Assembly (NCBI GenBank): GCA_963712025.1
Contig: CAVQGJ010000004.1
Coordinates: 49,836 to 113,835, forward strand
Length of the DNA stretch: 64,000 nucleotides
Direction of reading: 5' to 3'
Source of the DNA: an uncultured Verrucomicrobiae bacterium
GTDB taxonomy: Bacteria; Verrucomicrobiota; Verrucomicrobiia; Palsa-1439
Shown here one piece after another: positions 21,379-32,777 of the stretch. Made by a program: the position numbers and the translations under genes. Each line of letters begins with the position of its first letter. Within the stretch, counting starts at the first letter, position 1. A model generated the notes under the pieces. The model was not told where the DNA came from and did not search any database. It saw nothing but the letters and a program-made list of their open reading frames with translations.

Positions 21379-23086
21379 TTACGTGTACTTGAGTATTTCT
21401 TCAACCGTCGTCTCCCCATCGAGAATACTGCGAATCCCATCTTCGCGCAAGGTTCTCATTCCCAATTCCAGCGCCCGCCCGCGAATCACGCCAGACGGCG
21501 CGCGCATGTTGATCAATTCGCGAATCGGTTCCGTAATGACCAGCAACTCAAACAACCCCTTGCGGCCCCGGTAGCCGGTTTCGTTGCACTCCATGCAACC
21601 CTTTCCGTAATAAAATGGCCGCCCCGCCGTGTCTTCCTTCGTCAGTCCCAACTGCGTCAGGATCGTCTCATTCGGTTCGTAGGCTACCCGGCACTTCTTG
21701 CACATGGTTCTCACCAACCGCTGCGCGAGCACCGCCTGCAAGGTGGAACTGATCAGGAATGGCTCCACTCCCATGTCGATCATCCGGGTGACCGCGCCGG
21801 GAGAATCGTTGGTGTGCAGGGTCGTAAACACCAGGTGACCCGTCAGCGACGCTTGAATGGAGATCTGCGCAGTTTCCAGATCGCGCATTTCACCCACCAT
21901 GATAATGTCCGGGTCCTGGCGCAGAAACGATCGCAGCGCGCGGGCAAACGTCAGGCCGATCGCCTCGTTGATCGGCACTTGCATGATCCCCTCAATATCG
22001 TATTCCACGGGGTCTTCGGCGGTCAGCAATTTCAGGTCGATCGTATTAATTCGCTTCAGACAGGAATACAGCGTCGTGGTCTTGCCCGAACCGGTGGGTC
22101 CCGTCACAATAAAAATGCCATTCGGCACCTTGATGACTTCTTTGGTGCGGTCGAAAATCTCCAGTGGCATCCCCAGGCTTTCCATCTCCAGATTCACCAC
22201 CGACCGATCCAGCACGCGCAACACCACGGATTCGCCGAACTGCGTGGGCAGCGTCGACACGCGCAAATCTATTTGCTTGCCCCCGATGTTCAATTGAATG
22301 CGTCCGTCCTGCGGCAACCGGCGCTCCGCAATGTTCAAGTTGGACATGACTTTCACGCGCGAGATGATGGGCAACGCCAGATGCTTGGGCGGCGGCGCCA
22401 TTTCATACAAGGCGCCATCCACACGGTACCGCACCTTGAATTCGTCTTCAAACGGCTCAAAATGAATGTCGCTGGCGCGATCTTGAATCGCTTTGAGCAG
22501 GATCACGTTCACGAAACGCACGATCGGGGCCTGGCTGGCCAACTCCTCCAGTGCCGCCGTCCCCCCCGTCTTCGTCGCCGTATCCACGGCTTCCGCCGAC
22601 GTCAGTTGCTCCTCCATGTCGGTCAGGACATCCTTGAGCGACTCACTGTCCTCGCCAAAATACCGCTCAATCGCCGCCTGGATCTGTTTCGAGGGCGCAC
22701 ACGGCCACTTGCACGTCCTTGCCGAGGATGAACGAAAGCTCGCTGACAAGTTGGGGATTGTACGGATCCATCACCGCCACCGTGACCGTGTTTCCATTGA
22801 CCGACACGGGCACCGCCCCATACATCCGCGCCACGCTGGACGGTATGGATCGCAACACCGCCTGTTCGAAATCAACGTCTTCGAGATTCAGGTACTCCAG
22901 ATTCAAGTGTTCGGCCACCGCCCGCAACAACTGCTCCTCGGTGATCAAGCCGAAATCAATCATGACCTGCGAAAGCGATTTGCCCGTCCGCTCATGTTCC
23001 TCCTCAATTTCCCGGAACTGCTCCGGAGTGAGCAGGCTGCGCTCGCGTACCAACTCGGACAGGACCGCGCTCTCGCCTTCAAACAT
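21379..23086 (-). CDS. pilB: PilB/GspE ATPase, paralogue 1 (frameshift near 22700)
   Basis: [61 protein letters not shown]...CMEC. Confidence 0.9.
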
Positions 23087-23089
23087 GAC

Positions 23090-24167
23090 CTACTTTCGAC
23101 CTCCTTCCCCTTGCAACTTCGCCACAATGGCCTGCGGGTCCTGGGCGATGGTGATCAAATCCGCGTAGCTGATCAACCCCCGCTCGTAGAGGACCATCAG
23201 GTTCGAGTCGAGCGTTACCATGCCGTATTTCGCCCCCGTCTGGATGTCGGACGTGATCCGGAAGGTCTTGTTGTCGCGAATCAGCGCCTGGATGGACGGC
23301 GTCGAAATCATGATCTCGAAACACGCCACCCGCCCCTTCCCGTCCGCGCGAATCAGCAGCACCTGGGAAATCACCGCCAGAATCGACGAGGCCAACTGCG
23401 TGCGAATCTGTTCCTGCTGGTCCGTCGGAAACGCGTCCACGATACGGTCGACCGTGCGCGCCGCGCCCGTGGTGTGCAGCGTCGCAAACACCAGGTGCCC
23501 GGTTTCCGCGGCCGTAATGGCCGCTTCCATCGTTTCCAGATCGCGCATTTCACCGACGAGAATACAGTCCGGGTCCTGGCGCAACCCGCGGCGCAACGCT
23601 TCGGCAAAATCAGGCACATCCACGCCCACTTCCCGTTGCGTGACGATGCTCTTCTTGTGCGGGTGGTAGTATTCGATGGGGTCTTCGACCGTGATGATGT
23701 GGCAGTCTTCCTCCGTGTTGATGATGTCAATCATCGACGCCAACGTCGTGGTCTTGCCCGAACCCGTCGGGTCCCGTCACCAGAACCAAACCGCGCGGTC
23801 GAAACAACAGGTCCTTCACCGACGGCGGCAACCCGATTTGCTCGAGGCTCATCAGCCGATTGGGAATCTGCCGCAGCACAACGCCGTAGTTGCCGCGCTC
23901 CTTGAATACGCTCACCCGGAACCGCGCCATGTCGCCAAACGCAAATCCAAAATCGGTGCCCCCTTGCTCGCGGACCTTCTGAATGTGTGCTTCGGAGGTA
24001 ATCGCCTTCATCAGGCGTTCCGTGTCCTCCGCCGCCAGCACGGGCAGGTCCATGTGTATCAGCCGGCCATGCAAGCGAATCACCGGCGGCACACCCACGC
24101 GGATGTGCAAATCCGAGCCGCCTTCATCCACCACCACCTGCAACAGGTCTTCCATTTGCACCGGCAT
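23090..24167 (-). CDS. pilT: PilT retraction ATPase (frameshift near 23775)
   Basis: [10 protein letters not shown](T)GSGKTT split by one extra base, [38 protein letters not shown]. Confidence 0.93.
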
Positions 24168-24214
24168 AATCTGGCTATCTCCGTTTGATTCTGCGTCCGC
24201 TGATTGTTCCCACG

Positions 24215-25938
24215 TTACTCCAGGTCGCCCATGGTAATCGAAATAACTTCCTCGGGCGTGGTAATTCCGGCCATGATTTTGCGCACCCCGTCCTCACGCA
24301 AGGTCCGCATACCCAACTCGCGCGCCCGCGTGCGAATAACGTTCGACGGCACCTTCTCGTAAATCAACCGCCGCACGTCGTCGTTCACCTGGAAAATCTC
24401 GTAAATGCCCATTCGGCCGCGATACCCCGTGCGTGAGCATTCGTTGCAACCGGTCCCGCGGACGATCGTCGCATTCTTCATCTCGTCCGGATTCAGCTTC
24501 AACGTCTTCATCTCATAATCCGTGGGTGTATACGGCTGCCGGCACTTCGGACAAACTTTGCGAATCAGCCGCTGGGCCATGATCGCGCGCACCGCGGACG
24601 CCACCAGGAACGGTTTCACGCCCATGTCCACAATACGCGCTACCGCCGACGGAGCGTCGTTCGTGTGCAGCGTCGAGAACACCAAATGCCCCGTCAACGC
24701 CGCCTGGACGGCGATATTCGCCGTCTCCAAGTCGCGGATTTCACCAATCATCACGATGTTCGGCGCCTGGCGGAGAATCGAGCGTAACGCCGCCGCAAAT
24801 GTCAGGTTGATGTCGGAATTGACCTGCACCTGGTTGATGCCGTTCAACTGGTACTCGACAGGGTCTTCCACCGTGATGATCTTGCGGTCCGGCTTGTTGA
24901 TGTCGTTCAAGCAGGCGTACAGGGTCGTCGTCTTGCCCGGACCCGGTGGGGCCCGTGACGAGGAACACGCCATCGGGCATGCTGATGATCTTGGCCATCG
25001 TGCCCTGATCGTCGCTGAAGAAGCCCAGATCGCCCAACCCGAGCAGCAGGCTGCTCTTGTCCAAAATACGCATGACGATGCTCTCGCCGTGATTCGTCGG
25101 CAGGCACGACACGCGCAGGTCGATGACCTTGCCCATCACCGGCAATTGAATGCGGCCGTCCTGCGGCACGCGCTTCTCGGCGATGCTCATGTTCGACATG
25201 ATCTTGAGCCGACTGAGGATTGCGGCTTGCAATCGCTTCGGCGGGTTGTCCACTTCATGGAGCACGCCGTCAATCCGATACCGCACCCGGAGCCGCTTCT
25301 CCAACGGCTCAATGTGAATGTCGCTCGCCCGGTTGCGGTAACGCCTCCATGATGACCAACCCGACCAACTTGATGATCGGCGCGTCGGCGTCGGTCTCGG
25401 CGACTTCATCGATCTTGGTCTCCGTCGCCTTGTCGCCCGTCAGGCCGAGGTCGATCTCGCCCTCGGTGATTTCCTGCAGCATGTTCTCCACCGTGTCGTC
25501 GGCGCTGCCGTAATACCGGGTGATGGACGCTTCGATGTCGTTCTTGGCCGCGACGACCGGCTCGACGTTCATGCGCAGGATGTACCGGAGACTGTCCACC
25601 GTATCGACATCGAGCGGGTCGCTGATGGCCACCGTGATGGTGTTGTCGTGCTTGTACACGGGGACAACCTTGTAGCGGCGCGCCACGTGCTTGGGGACAA
25701 GGGCCAGAACGTCGTCGGGAACGCGGTATTCGGCCAGATTGATCGTGTCCATGTTGAACTGGCTGGCCAGTGCCTTGGACACATCCATGTGCGTGATCCG
25801 GCCCATCGCGATCAACGCGTCGACAAGCCCCTCCCCCTCCTCGGTCTTGGCGCGTTCCTTCGCCTTCTGGATGTCATCGTGCGAGATGAGGCCGAGATCG
25901 CGCAGTATTTCGACTATATATTCATCTTGAGCCGGCAT
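24215..25938 (-). CDS. pilB: PilB/GspE ATPase, paralogue 2 (frameshifts near 24940 and 25340)
   Basis: [49 protein letters not shown]...CNEC. Confidence 0.9.
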
Positions 25939-26045
25939 GTTCCTCGCGAGACCGCATCGATCTGATTAACATTAGCGCCTGAGCTTCTGGCAGTCAAGAA
26001 GTCAGGCCAGCGCAACCCGCGAATGGACAGCGGGTTGCTGCTGTC

Positions 26046-27476
26046 TCAACCACCCTTCAGTTTGCGGAGCAGGATTTCTCCAACCAGTTGCGGATTGGCT
26101 TTTCCCTTGCTCAGTTTCATGACCTGTCCCTTCAGGTGATTGATCGCGGCTTCGTTCCCCGCGCGGAAGTCTGCCACGGATTTGGGGTTCTTGGCAATCG
26201 CTTCTTCCACGAATCCATCGAGGGATCCCGGATCGCTCACTTGCACCCACCCCTTCTCCTTCACGACCTGTGACGCGCCCTTGCCGCTGGCATACATCTC
26301 GGCAAACACTTCTTTCCCGATCTTGCCGCTGATCTGGCCGCTCTCGATCAGCGAAACCAGTTCCGTGAGATGCTCGGGCTTGACCGGGCATTCGTCGATT
26401 ACTTTCTTCGCCTCGGCCAGTTTACCCAACAGTTCGGTGGTCACCCAGTTCGAAATCGCCTTGGGATTGCTGGATCCCCGTGCTGCCCGCTCATAGAACG
26501 CAGCCACCGTGCCGCTGGCGACCAGCACGCCGGCATCGTATTCGGGCAGGCCGTACTGCTGGACGAACCGTTGCCGCTTCGCTTCCGGAAGCTCCGGCAA
26601 CAACTGGCGCATTTCGGCAATCATCTCCTCGCTCACGACCACGGGCATCAGGTCAGGCTCGGGGAAATACCGGTAGTCGTGCGCGTATTCCTTCGTGCGC
26701 ATCACCGACGTCTTGCCGGTCGCATCGTCCCAGCGCCGTGTCTCCTGGGAAACCTTCTCCCCCTTCTGCAACGCCGCGGTTTGCCGCTGGATTTCGTAGG
26801 CCAGGGCCCGACGAACGCCCGAAATCGTGTTCATGTTCTTGATCTCGACCTTCTCGCCAAACGCCTTCTGGCCAACCGGGCGCACCGACACGTTCGAGTC
26901 GCAACGCAGTTGCCCCTTTTCCATATCACAATCGCTGATCCCGCCGCTGATCAGGATTTCCCGGAGCCCGGTGAGGTAGGCAAACGCTTCCTCCGGTGAG
27001 CGGAGGTCCGGTTCGCTCACGATCTCCATCAAGGGCGTGCCCGCGCGATTGAAATCCACCCCGCTGGTGGTCTCGAAATGAAAGTTCTTCGCAACGTCCT
27101 CTTCGAGGTGCGCCCGCGTGATGCCGATTTTCTTCGTTACTCCGCCGTCCATCTTGATCTCCACCGAACCTTTCACGCACAACGGCAGGTCATACTGCGA
27201 AATCTGGTAGTTCTTCGGCATATCCGGGTAGAAATAGTTTTTCCGGTCCCACTTGCTGAACCGCGCCACGTCACTCCCGATCATCAGCCCGGTCAGGATC
27301 GTCTTCTTCACGGCATCTTCATTCATCACGGGCAACACCCCCGGATACCCGAGACACACGGGACACACGTGCGTGTTCGGCTCCGCGCCGAATTCCGTGG
27401 CGCAGCCGCAGAACATCTTGCTCCTCGTCTTGAGCTGCACGTGAACTTCCAGGCCGATGACCGCTTCGTATTGCAT
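26046..27476 (-). CDS. gatB: Asp/Glu-tRNA amidotransferase subunit B
   Basis: VIGLEVHVQL, RKNYFYPDMPKNYQISQ, HLEED, NRAGTPLMEIVSEPD, YRYFPEPDL. Confidence 0.98.
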   Translation of the reverse strand: MQYEAVIGLEVHVQLKTRSKMFCGCATEFGAEPNTHVCPVCLGYPGVLPVMNEDAVKKTILTGLMIGSDVARFSKWDRKNYFYPDMPKNYQISQYDLPLCVKGSVEIKMDGGVTKKIGITRAHLEEDVAKNFHFETTSGVDFNRAGTPLMEIVSEPDLRSPEEAFAYLTGLREILISGGISDCDMEKGQLRCDSNVSVRPVGQKAFGEKVEIKNMNTISGVRRALAYEIQRQTAALQKGEKVSQETRRWDDATGKTSVMRTKEYAHDYRYFPEPDLMPVVVSEEMIAEMRQLLPELPEAKRQRFVQQYGLPEYDAGVLVASGTVAAFYERAARGSSNPKAISNWVTTELLGKLAEAKKVIDECPVKPEHLTELVSLIESGQISGKIGKEVFAEMYASGKGASQVVKEKGWVQVSDPGSLDGFVEEAIAKNPKSVADFRAGNEAAINHLKGQVMKLSKGKANPQLVGEILLRKLKGG

Positions 27477-27479
27477 GAC

Positions 27480-28937
27480 CTATAGCGACGGCCTTTGTTT
27501 GTGCCACTCCGTGGCCTGTTCGTAGGTGTGGGCGACGCGCAGGACGGTCGCCTCGTCGAAGGGTTTGCCGAGCACCTGCAACCCGATGGGCAGTCGCGGA
27601 CTCTTCGTGAATCCACAGTTCAAGCTGACACCGCAAATGCCGGCGAGGTTGACGCTGATTGTGAAAATGTCGCTGAGATACATCTTCAGCGGGTCATCGG
27701 TCTTCTCGCCGATTCGGAATGCGGCTTCGGGTGAGGTCGGCGTCATGATGACATCGCATTTCTCGAATGCTTTCTCAAAATCCTGGCGGATCAACGTCCG
27801 CACTTTCTGGGCGCGAAGATAATACGCGTCGTAATACCCCGCGCTCAGGGCATACGTCCCCAGGATGATCCGTCGCTTCACTTCGGGCCCGAATCCCGCG
27901 CCCCGCGTCTTGCCGTACATGTCGATCACGTCTTCGCCCGCGACACGCGCGCCGTACCGCACGCCGTCGAACCGCGCCAGGTTGGCGCTCGCTTCCGCGG
28001 TCGCAATCAAATAGTACACCGCCACGGCGTAATCCGTGTGCGGCAGCGAAATCTCCACAACGTCCGCGCCCAAATCCTGCAGCTTCTGGATGGCCCCGCG
28101 CACGGCTCCCTCAACTTCGCGGTCCATGCCGTCGATGAAATACTCCTTCGGCAAACCGATGCGCAATTCCTTGACGCCATCGCCGAGTGTCGCGGTGTAA
28201 TCCGGCACGGCTTGCGGCACGCTCGTCGAGTCGTGCGGATCATGCCCCGCCAGCACCCGCAGCATCAGCGCGTTGTCCGCCACAGTCTTCGTGAACGGCC
28301 CGATCTGGTCGAGCGACGAGGCAAACGCGACGAGCCCGTAGCGGGAGACACGCCCATAGGTGGGTTTCAGCCCCACGCAACCGCAGAGCGCCGCCGGTTG
28401 CCGAATCGATCCCCCGGTATCGCTACCGAGCGCCGCAAACGCCTCGTCCGCAGCCACCGCCGCCGCGCTGCCGCCGCTGGAGCCGCCCGGAATACGCTCC
28501 AAATCCCACGGATTATGGGTCACGCCCCAACTCGAATTCTCCGTCGAACTGCCCATGGCGAATTCGTCCATGTTCGTGCGCCCGAGAAGAATTGCCCCGG
28601 CCCCGCGCAACCGTTGCACCACAAACGCGTCGTAGACCGACGTGTGACCCTTGAGGATTTTGGATGCACACGTGCAGGGTTGTCCATCGACATTGATCAC
28701 GTCCTTGATCGCGATGGGCACGCCCCCGAGGAGTCTACCGTTTTTGGCGACCCCGCTCTGGTCGATGGCCTCGGCTTGCGCGAGCGCGTCGTCGGCGTTC
28801 AACCAAAGATACGCCTTGAGCTTGCCATCGACGGCCTGGATGCGGTCGAGAAGCGATTGCGTGGCTTCGCGGGCGGAAACGTCGCCGCTCCGCAGCTTCT
28901 CGCGGAGTTCATGAATGCTCAGTGTGTGGAGGCTCAT
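27480..28937 (-). CDS. gatA: Asp/Glu-tRNA amidotransferase subunit A
   Basis: [45 protein letters not shown]. Confidence 0.98.
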   Translation of the reverse strand: MSLHTLSIHELREKLRSGDVSAREATQSLLDRIQAVDGKLKAYLWLNADDALAQAEAIDQSGVAKNGRLLGGVPIAIKDVINVDGQPCTCASKILKGHTSVYDAFVVQRLRGAGAILLGRTNMDEFAMGSSTENSSWGVTHNPWDLERIPGGSSGGSAAAVAADEAFAALGSDTGGSIRQPAALCGCVGLKPTYGRVSRYGLVAFASSLDQIGPFTKTVADNALMLRVLAGHDPHDSTSVPQAVPDYTATLGDGVKELRIGLPKEYFIDGMDREVEGAVRGAIQKLQDLGADVVEISLPHTDYAVAVYYLIATAEASANLARFDGVRYGARVAGEDVIDMYGKTRGAGFGPEVKRRIILGTYALSAGYYDAYYLRAQKVRTLIRQDFEKAFEKCDVIMTPTSPEAAFRIGEKTDDPLKMYLSDIFTISVNLAGICGVSLNCGFTKSPRLPIGLQVLGKPFDEATVLRVAHTYEQATEWHKQRPSL

Positions 28938-29227
28938 TCCACGATTTTCGGGACAATGAACAGGTCACGGGCCTGTTCGGGGGCGTTTTGGAGCACTTTG
29001 TCGCGGTCGATGGACGGCTGCACCTCGTCCTTGCGGAGAACATTCGACAGCGGCGTCGCGTGCGCCGTCGGTTCGACGCGCGACACGTCCAACTCGTTCA
29101 GCTTGGCGACGTAGCTCAGGATGTCCTTGAGCTGCGCGGAAATCTTTTCTTTTTCGGCGTCCGTCAGGTGCATCCGCGCCAAATAGGCCACGTACGTGAC
29201 GTCGATCTTGCTGGTGTCTTCTGCCAT
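28934..29227 (-). CDS. gatC: Asp/Glu-tRNA amidotransferase subunit C
   Basis: [12 protein letters not shown]...[12 protein letters not shown]...LRKDEV...VPKIVE; directly upstream of gatA. Confidence 0.95.
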   Translation of the reverse strand: MAEDTSKIDVTYVAYLARMHLTDAEKEKISAQLKDILSYVAKLNELDVSRVEPTAHATPLSNVLRKDEVQPSIDRDKVLQNAPEQARDLFIVPKIVE

Positions 29228-29305
29228 ATATCCGAGCCCCGCATCATAGCGGCCCGCAACCAGCTTGCTCAAGTAAAATGCTCGCGCCGACGCTACCACA
29301 GTCCT

Positions 29306-29962
29306 TCAATCCAGCGACCTGCCATAGATAATCGTGTAGAGCATGACGCCCGATCCGTCCGGCTTGCGAAATCGCGGCTCCCGATGGACCTCGATGAACC
29401 CCAATTCTTCGAAGAAATGACAGGCGCGCGGATTGTTCGCGCTGACGCCGGCGTGAACACCGCGCACCCCCGCACCGCGGGCGCGCTCGAAAAACGCTTC
29501 GACGAGACGCTGCCCGGCGTGTTGCCCGCGGAAGCCCTCCTGAAGATTGATATGCAGGTGGGCCGGGTATTCATGCAGGGCCGGGCCCGCCCGATATCCG
29601 GTCGTCAGCCATATCCCCAGGTTGGCGCGGAACAGGCGAAGTGTTTGCGGATGCCACAAGGTCCCGCGCACCAACGCCTTCACGAACACCACCGGCGCGA
29701 TGCGCCACGTTTCCACGCGCACAAATCGCTTCGTGTTGAGGCATCCCGTGAGGTAGCCGACCGCTCTGCTGCCGTTGTCGGCGACAAACGCCGATTGCGG
29801 CTCGAACTGCGTGTAGTAATTCGTGAGCAAATCCGCAATGACCTCGCGGTCGGGAAAAAATCGCTCAACGGGCTGGCCGGCATCGGCCGTATCGCAGCAG
29901 ATTTGGCGCACCGCGGCGCGGTCGCGCGGTTCGTAGGGGCGGATGCGCAGATCGGTGCCCAT
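29306..29962 (-). CDS. GNAT family N-acetyltransferase
   Basis: IRPYEPRDRAAVRQICCDTA, YPAHLHINLQEGFRGQHAG, NPRACHFFEELGF. Confidence 0.85.
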   Translation of the reverse strand: MGTDLRIRPYEPRDRAAVRQICCDTADAGQPVERFFPDREVIADLLTNYYTQFEPQSAFVADNGSRAVGYLTGCLNTKRFVRVETWRIAPVVFVKALVRGTLWHPQTLRLFRANLGIWLTTGYRAGPALHEYPAHLHINLQEGFRGQHAGQRLVEAFFERARGAGVRGVHAGVSANNPRACHFFEELGFIEVHREPRFRKPDGSGVMLYTIIYGRSLD

Positions 29963-30070
29963 GTAGATGCAGATATCGCACGTCCGACATTCCCTTGTCC
30001 AGTCCAGCGTTGCGTCGGTAGTGCGCTGCTTGACGCTGGTGAATCGTTGTAGTAGCCTGCGCGGCAAATC

Positions 30071-31060
30071 TTGATGAACCGTCACAAGAAACTCGTCGTC
30101 GTTCTCCTGGGCGTATTTGTGTTTGCGTTCCTGCTGCCGGTCAAGTGCCCCGCGCCATTGATCTGGACGAAGGGCGAAGGCTGGAGCTGGGTGCACGAGG
30201 GAGTGGCGGTCGGATCGACCCCGGTTGACCAGCTCAAGATCGCCCAGAATTTTGAGGCCAAGAAGCAATACCGCCGCGCGATCCCCGCCTATCGTCGAGT
30301 CATCGCCCGCTGGCCGCTTTCGTCGTCGACCCAGGACGCGCGGATGGGATTGGCGGAGTGCTACGCGGCCATCGGCTACCACTATAAAGCGTTCCAGACA
30401 TACCAGGAATTGATCACGAAGAACCCGAACACGCCGCACTTCGATGAAGTGCTGCAACGCCAGTTTCAAATCGGCAACCTGTTCCTTGCCGGCGAGCGGC
30501 AAAAGGCCTGGGGCATCCGCTGGTTCCCGTCCACCGAGCGCGCGGTGGAAGTGTACGAGCAGGTCGTCAAGAACGGCCCGTACAGTCCGGTCGCGATCGA
30601 CGCCCAATTCCGCATCGGGCTGGTCTACGAGAAAGAGCGCGATTATCTCTCCGCCGTCCACGCCTATGAGAAACTGATGGAACGCTACCCGAAACATCCG
30701 CTGGCGGAAGCGGCCCAATTCCAGATTGGCTGGGAATACAAGAAAGAGTCGGCCCGCGCCGAATACGACCAGAACTCGGCGAACCAGGCGATCTCCGCCT
30801 TCACGGATTTCATTTTTCGCTACCCGCATAGCGACAAGGTGCCGGTGGCCGAGCGGTATCGCAGCGAGTTGAAGGTGGAGCAGGCCCGCGGGTTGTTCCA
30901 CATCGGCGAGTTCTACGAAAAGAACCACTTTTACAAGTCGGCTCTGATTTACTACAACAGCGTGATTGAGCAAAACCCCGAGTCCAACTGGGCAACCCAG
31001 GCGAAGGTGAAGGTCGCGTCCCTCACGCCATTGGCCGCCGAGAAGACCGCCACGCCATGA
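30071..31060 (+). CDS. bamD: Outer-membrane assembly factor BamD-like TPR protein
   Basis: Multiple TPRs, FRYPHSDKV, IGEFYEK...SALIYY; precedes lptE. Confidence 0.75.
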   Translation: MMNRHKKLVVVLLGVFVFAFLLPVKCPAPLIWTKGEGWSWVHEGVAVGSTPVDQLKIAQNFEAKKQYRRAIPAYRRVIARWPLSSSTQDARMGLAECYAAIGYHYKAFQTYQELITKNPNTPHFDEVLQRQFQIGNLFLAGERQKAWGIRWFPSTERAVEVYEQVVKNGPYSPVAIDAQFRIGLVYEKERDYLSAVHAYEKLMERYPKHPLAEAAQFQIGWEYKKESARAEYDQNSANQAISAFTDFIFRYPHSDKVPVAERYRSELKVEQARGLFHIGEFYEKNHFYKSALIYYNSVIEQNPESNWATQAKVKVASLTPLAAEKTATP

Positions 31061-31599
31061 ACAGGCAAGCTTCGACGGACCGTCGAGGCCGAATGGTCCA
31101 CATCATCCGGGCGGCGCCGCTGCTGCTTTCCGTCTTCCTCTTCGGTTGCGCCGGTTATCACGTTGGCCCGGTCACGAAGACGAGCTTCCATTCCATTGCC
31201 GTGCCGATGTTCCGCAATCAGACGCTTCGTCCGCAACTCGAAGCCCAGATCAGCAACGCGATCATTCAGCGGCTCCAGCAGGATGGTTCCGTGAAAATCG
31301 AACCCCAGTCGCGGGCGGATGCGGTGCTCATCGGCACCGTGGAACGCTATGATCGCATCGCCCTGCGGTCGTTGCGGACCGACACGGGCATACCCCGCGA
31401 GTTCCGAATTTCCATTACCGTCCGCGTCGAGGCCCGGGACCGCCGCACCGGCGAGACGGTGCTGAAGTCCACCGAGGTCGAAGGCACATCCGACGTATTC
31501 ATCGGCGAGGACCAGCAAAGCGCGGAATACCAGGCATTGCCGTTGGTGGCCGATGACATTGCCAAGAGGGTCGCCGGCCTGCTTGTGGAGAGTTGGTGA
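31057..31599 (+). CDS. lptE: LptE family lipoprotein
   Basis: Lipobox LFGC-AGYH, SIAVPMFRNQT, VRVEARDRRTGETV. Confidence 0.75.
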   Translation: MNRQASTDRRGRMVHIIRAAPLLLSVFLFGCAGYHVGPVTKTSFHSIAVPMFRNQTLRPQLEAQISNAIIQRLQQDGSVKIEPQSRADAVLIGTVERYDRIALRSLRTDTGIPREFRISITVRVEARDRRTGETVLKSTEVEGTSDVFIGEDQQSAEYQALPLVADDIAKRVAGLLVESW

Positions 31600-31620
31600 C
31601 CGGTTTGCTTCACGCGCGAA

Positions 31621-31690
31621 TTGTAGCCGCGAAACTTTCTCGCGGCCCAGCGAACGTGGGATAAACCGCGAATGAGATTCGCGGCTACAA
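31621..31690. repeat. Inverted pair of GTAG-REP-like palindromes (REPIN/BIME-like)
   Basis: TTGTAGCCGCGAA (31621-31633) and its exact reverse complement (31678-31690), each followed by an internal CCGCG...CGCGG hairpin; lies between convergent lptE and rpsT. Confidence 0.7.
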
Positions 31691-31697
31691 GTCCAGC

Positions 31698-31967
31698 CTA
31701 TGCCGCCGCCGCCGCTTTCAGACGGGCCGACAACCGGGATTTCTTGCGGGAGGCGTTATTGCGATGGATCACGCGGGTCTTGGCCGCCTTGTCCAGCGCG
31801 GAACTCAGCAGGCGATACAGCACGCTGGCGTCGTCCGCCTTCTTGGCGGTGACCGCCGCGAGAAATTTCTTTTCCAGCGTATGGAGCCTGGACTTAATCG
31901 ACTTGTTGTGCGCCTCGCGACGGATGCTGCCGCGCGCCTGTTTCGCTGCGGAACGTGTATTGGCCAT
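31698..31967 (-). CDS. rpsT: 30S ribosomal protein S20
   Basis: MANTRSAAKQAR...LDKAAKTRVIHRNNASRKKSRL. Confidence 0.98.
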   Translation of the reverse strand: MANTRSAAKQARGSIRREAHNKSIKSRLHTLEKKFLAAVTAKKADDASVLYRLLSSALDKAAKTRVIHRNNASRKKSRLSARLKAAAAA

Positions 31968-32057
31968 GATAAATAATCCGATAAACCGACTGCGTCCTGG
32001 TTGCTTGAATGGCCCGCCATCTTACGTCCCGAACCGCAAAAGTCAACGGGGAAAACC

Positions 32058-32777
32058 GTGCGCTTCCTGAAGTTTCTCCTGGGCCTTCTCCTGCTGCCGG
32101 CCTGCGCCGCGCTCACGATGACGGCGTGGCGGTTGGCCCTGCATCTCTCCTTCTCCCCGAATGCGATGTCCAGCCCCGCACTGTGGGCCTTCGTCGGAGG
32201 CTACGCGCTCTGGCTGGCCGTGTTCGCCTTCCTGCCCAAGCCCATGCGGACGTACGTCCTCGGCCACGAATTGACCCATGCCCTCTGGGCGTTGATGATG
32301 GGCGCGCGCGTCAGCGGTTTGAAGGTCAAAAAGACCGGCGGACAGGTCCGCACGAGCAAGACGAACTGGTTCATCGCGTTGGCGCCGTACTTCTTCCCGT
32401 TCTATGCCATGCTGTTCCTGATCGCGTTCTTCCTGGCGTACGCCATCTGGAATCTCGCCGCGTACCTGTGGGTATTGTTCTTTCTCGTGGGACTCGGCTG
32501 GAGCTTCCACATCACTTTCACCCTGATGATGCTGCTGACGGTCAAACAACCCGATGTCCAATCGCAAGGCGTCGTGTTCTCCGTCGTCATCATCTACGGC
32601 ATGAATCTGCTGATCATGGCCCTGGCCATCGCGGCCCTCTCGCGCGCGGTGACGTTCGCCATGCTCGCCCGGTCGCTGGGCGGTGACCTCGGGACCGCCT
32701 ACGGCTGGACACTCGACAAGCTGGCCGCGTTGTGGCAGGATGCCGTGGCTTTCGTTCGGCACAGACTGCATGACTGA
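32058..32777 (+). CDS. Membrane protein with HELTH motif (M50B-like peptidase)
   Basis: YVLGHELTHALWA, IALAPYFFP, several TM helices. Confidence 0.6.
   Translation: MRFLKFLLGLLLLPACAALTMTAWRLALHLSFSPNAMSSPALWAFVGGYALWLAVFAFLPKPMRTYVLGHELTHALWALMMGARVSGLKVKKTGGQVRTSKTNWFIALAPYFFPFYAMLFLIAFFLAYAIWNLAAYLWVLFFLVGLGWSFHITFTLMMLLTVKQPDVQSQGVVFSVVIIYGMNLLIMALAIAALSRAVTFAMLARSLGGDLGTAYGWTLDKLAALWQDAVAFVRHRLHD

Noticed and set aside
5723-25938. Programmed frameshifting or phase variation in pil genes and purC
   Set aside because: Shifts are in short 3-4 nt runs, one within Walker A, and hit housekeeping genes too. Sequencing error is more parsimonious.
22900-25938. c-di-GMP-binding MshEN domains on the PilB paralogues
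   Set aside because: The N-termini have the LxxxG(L/I)(I/L) helix pattern but lack the RLG signature.
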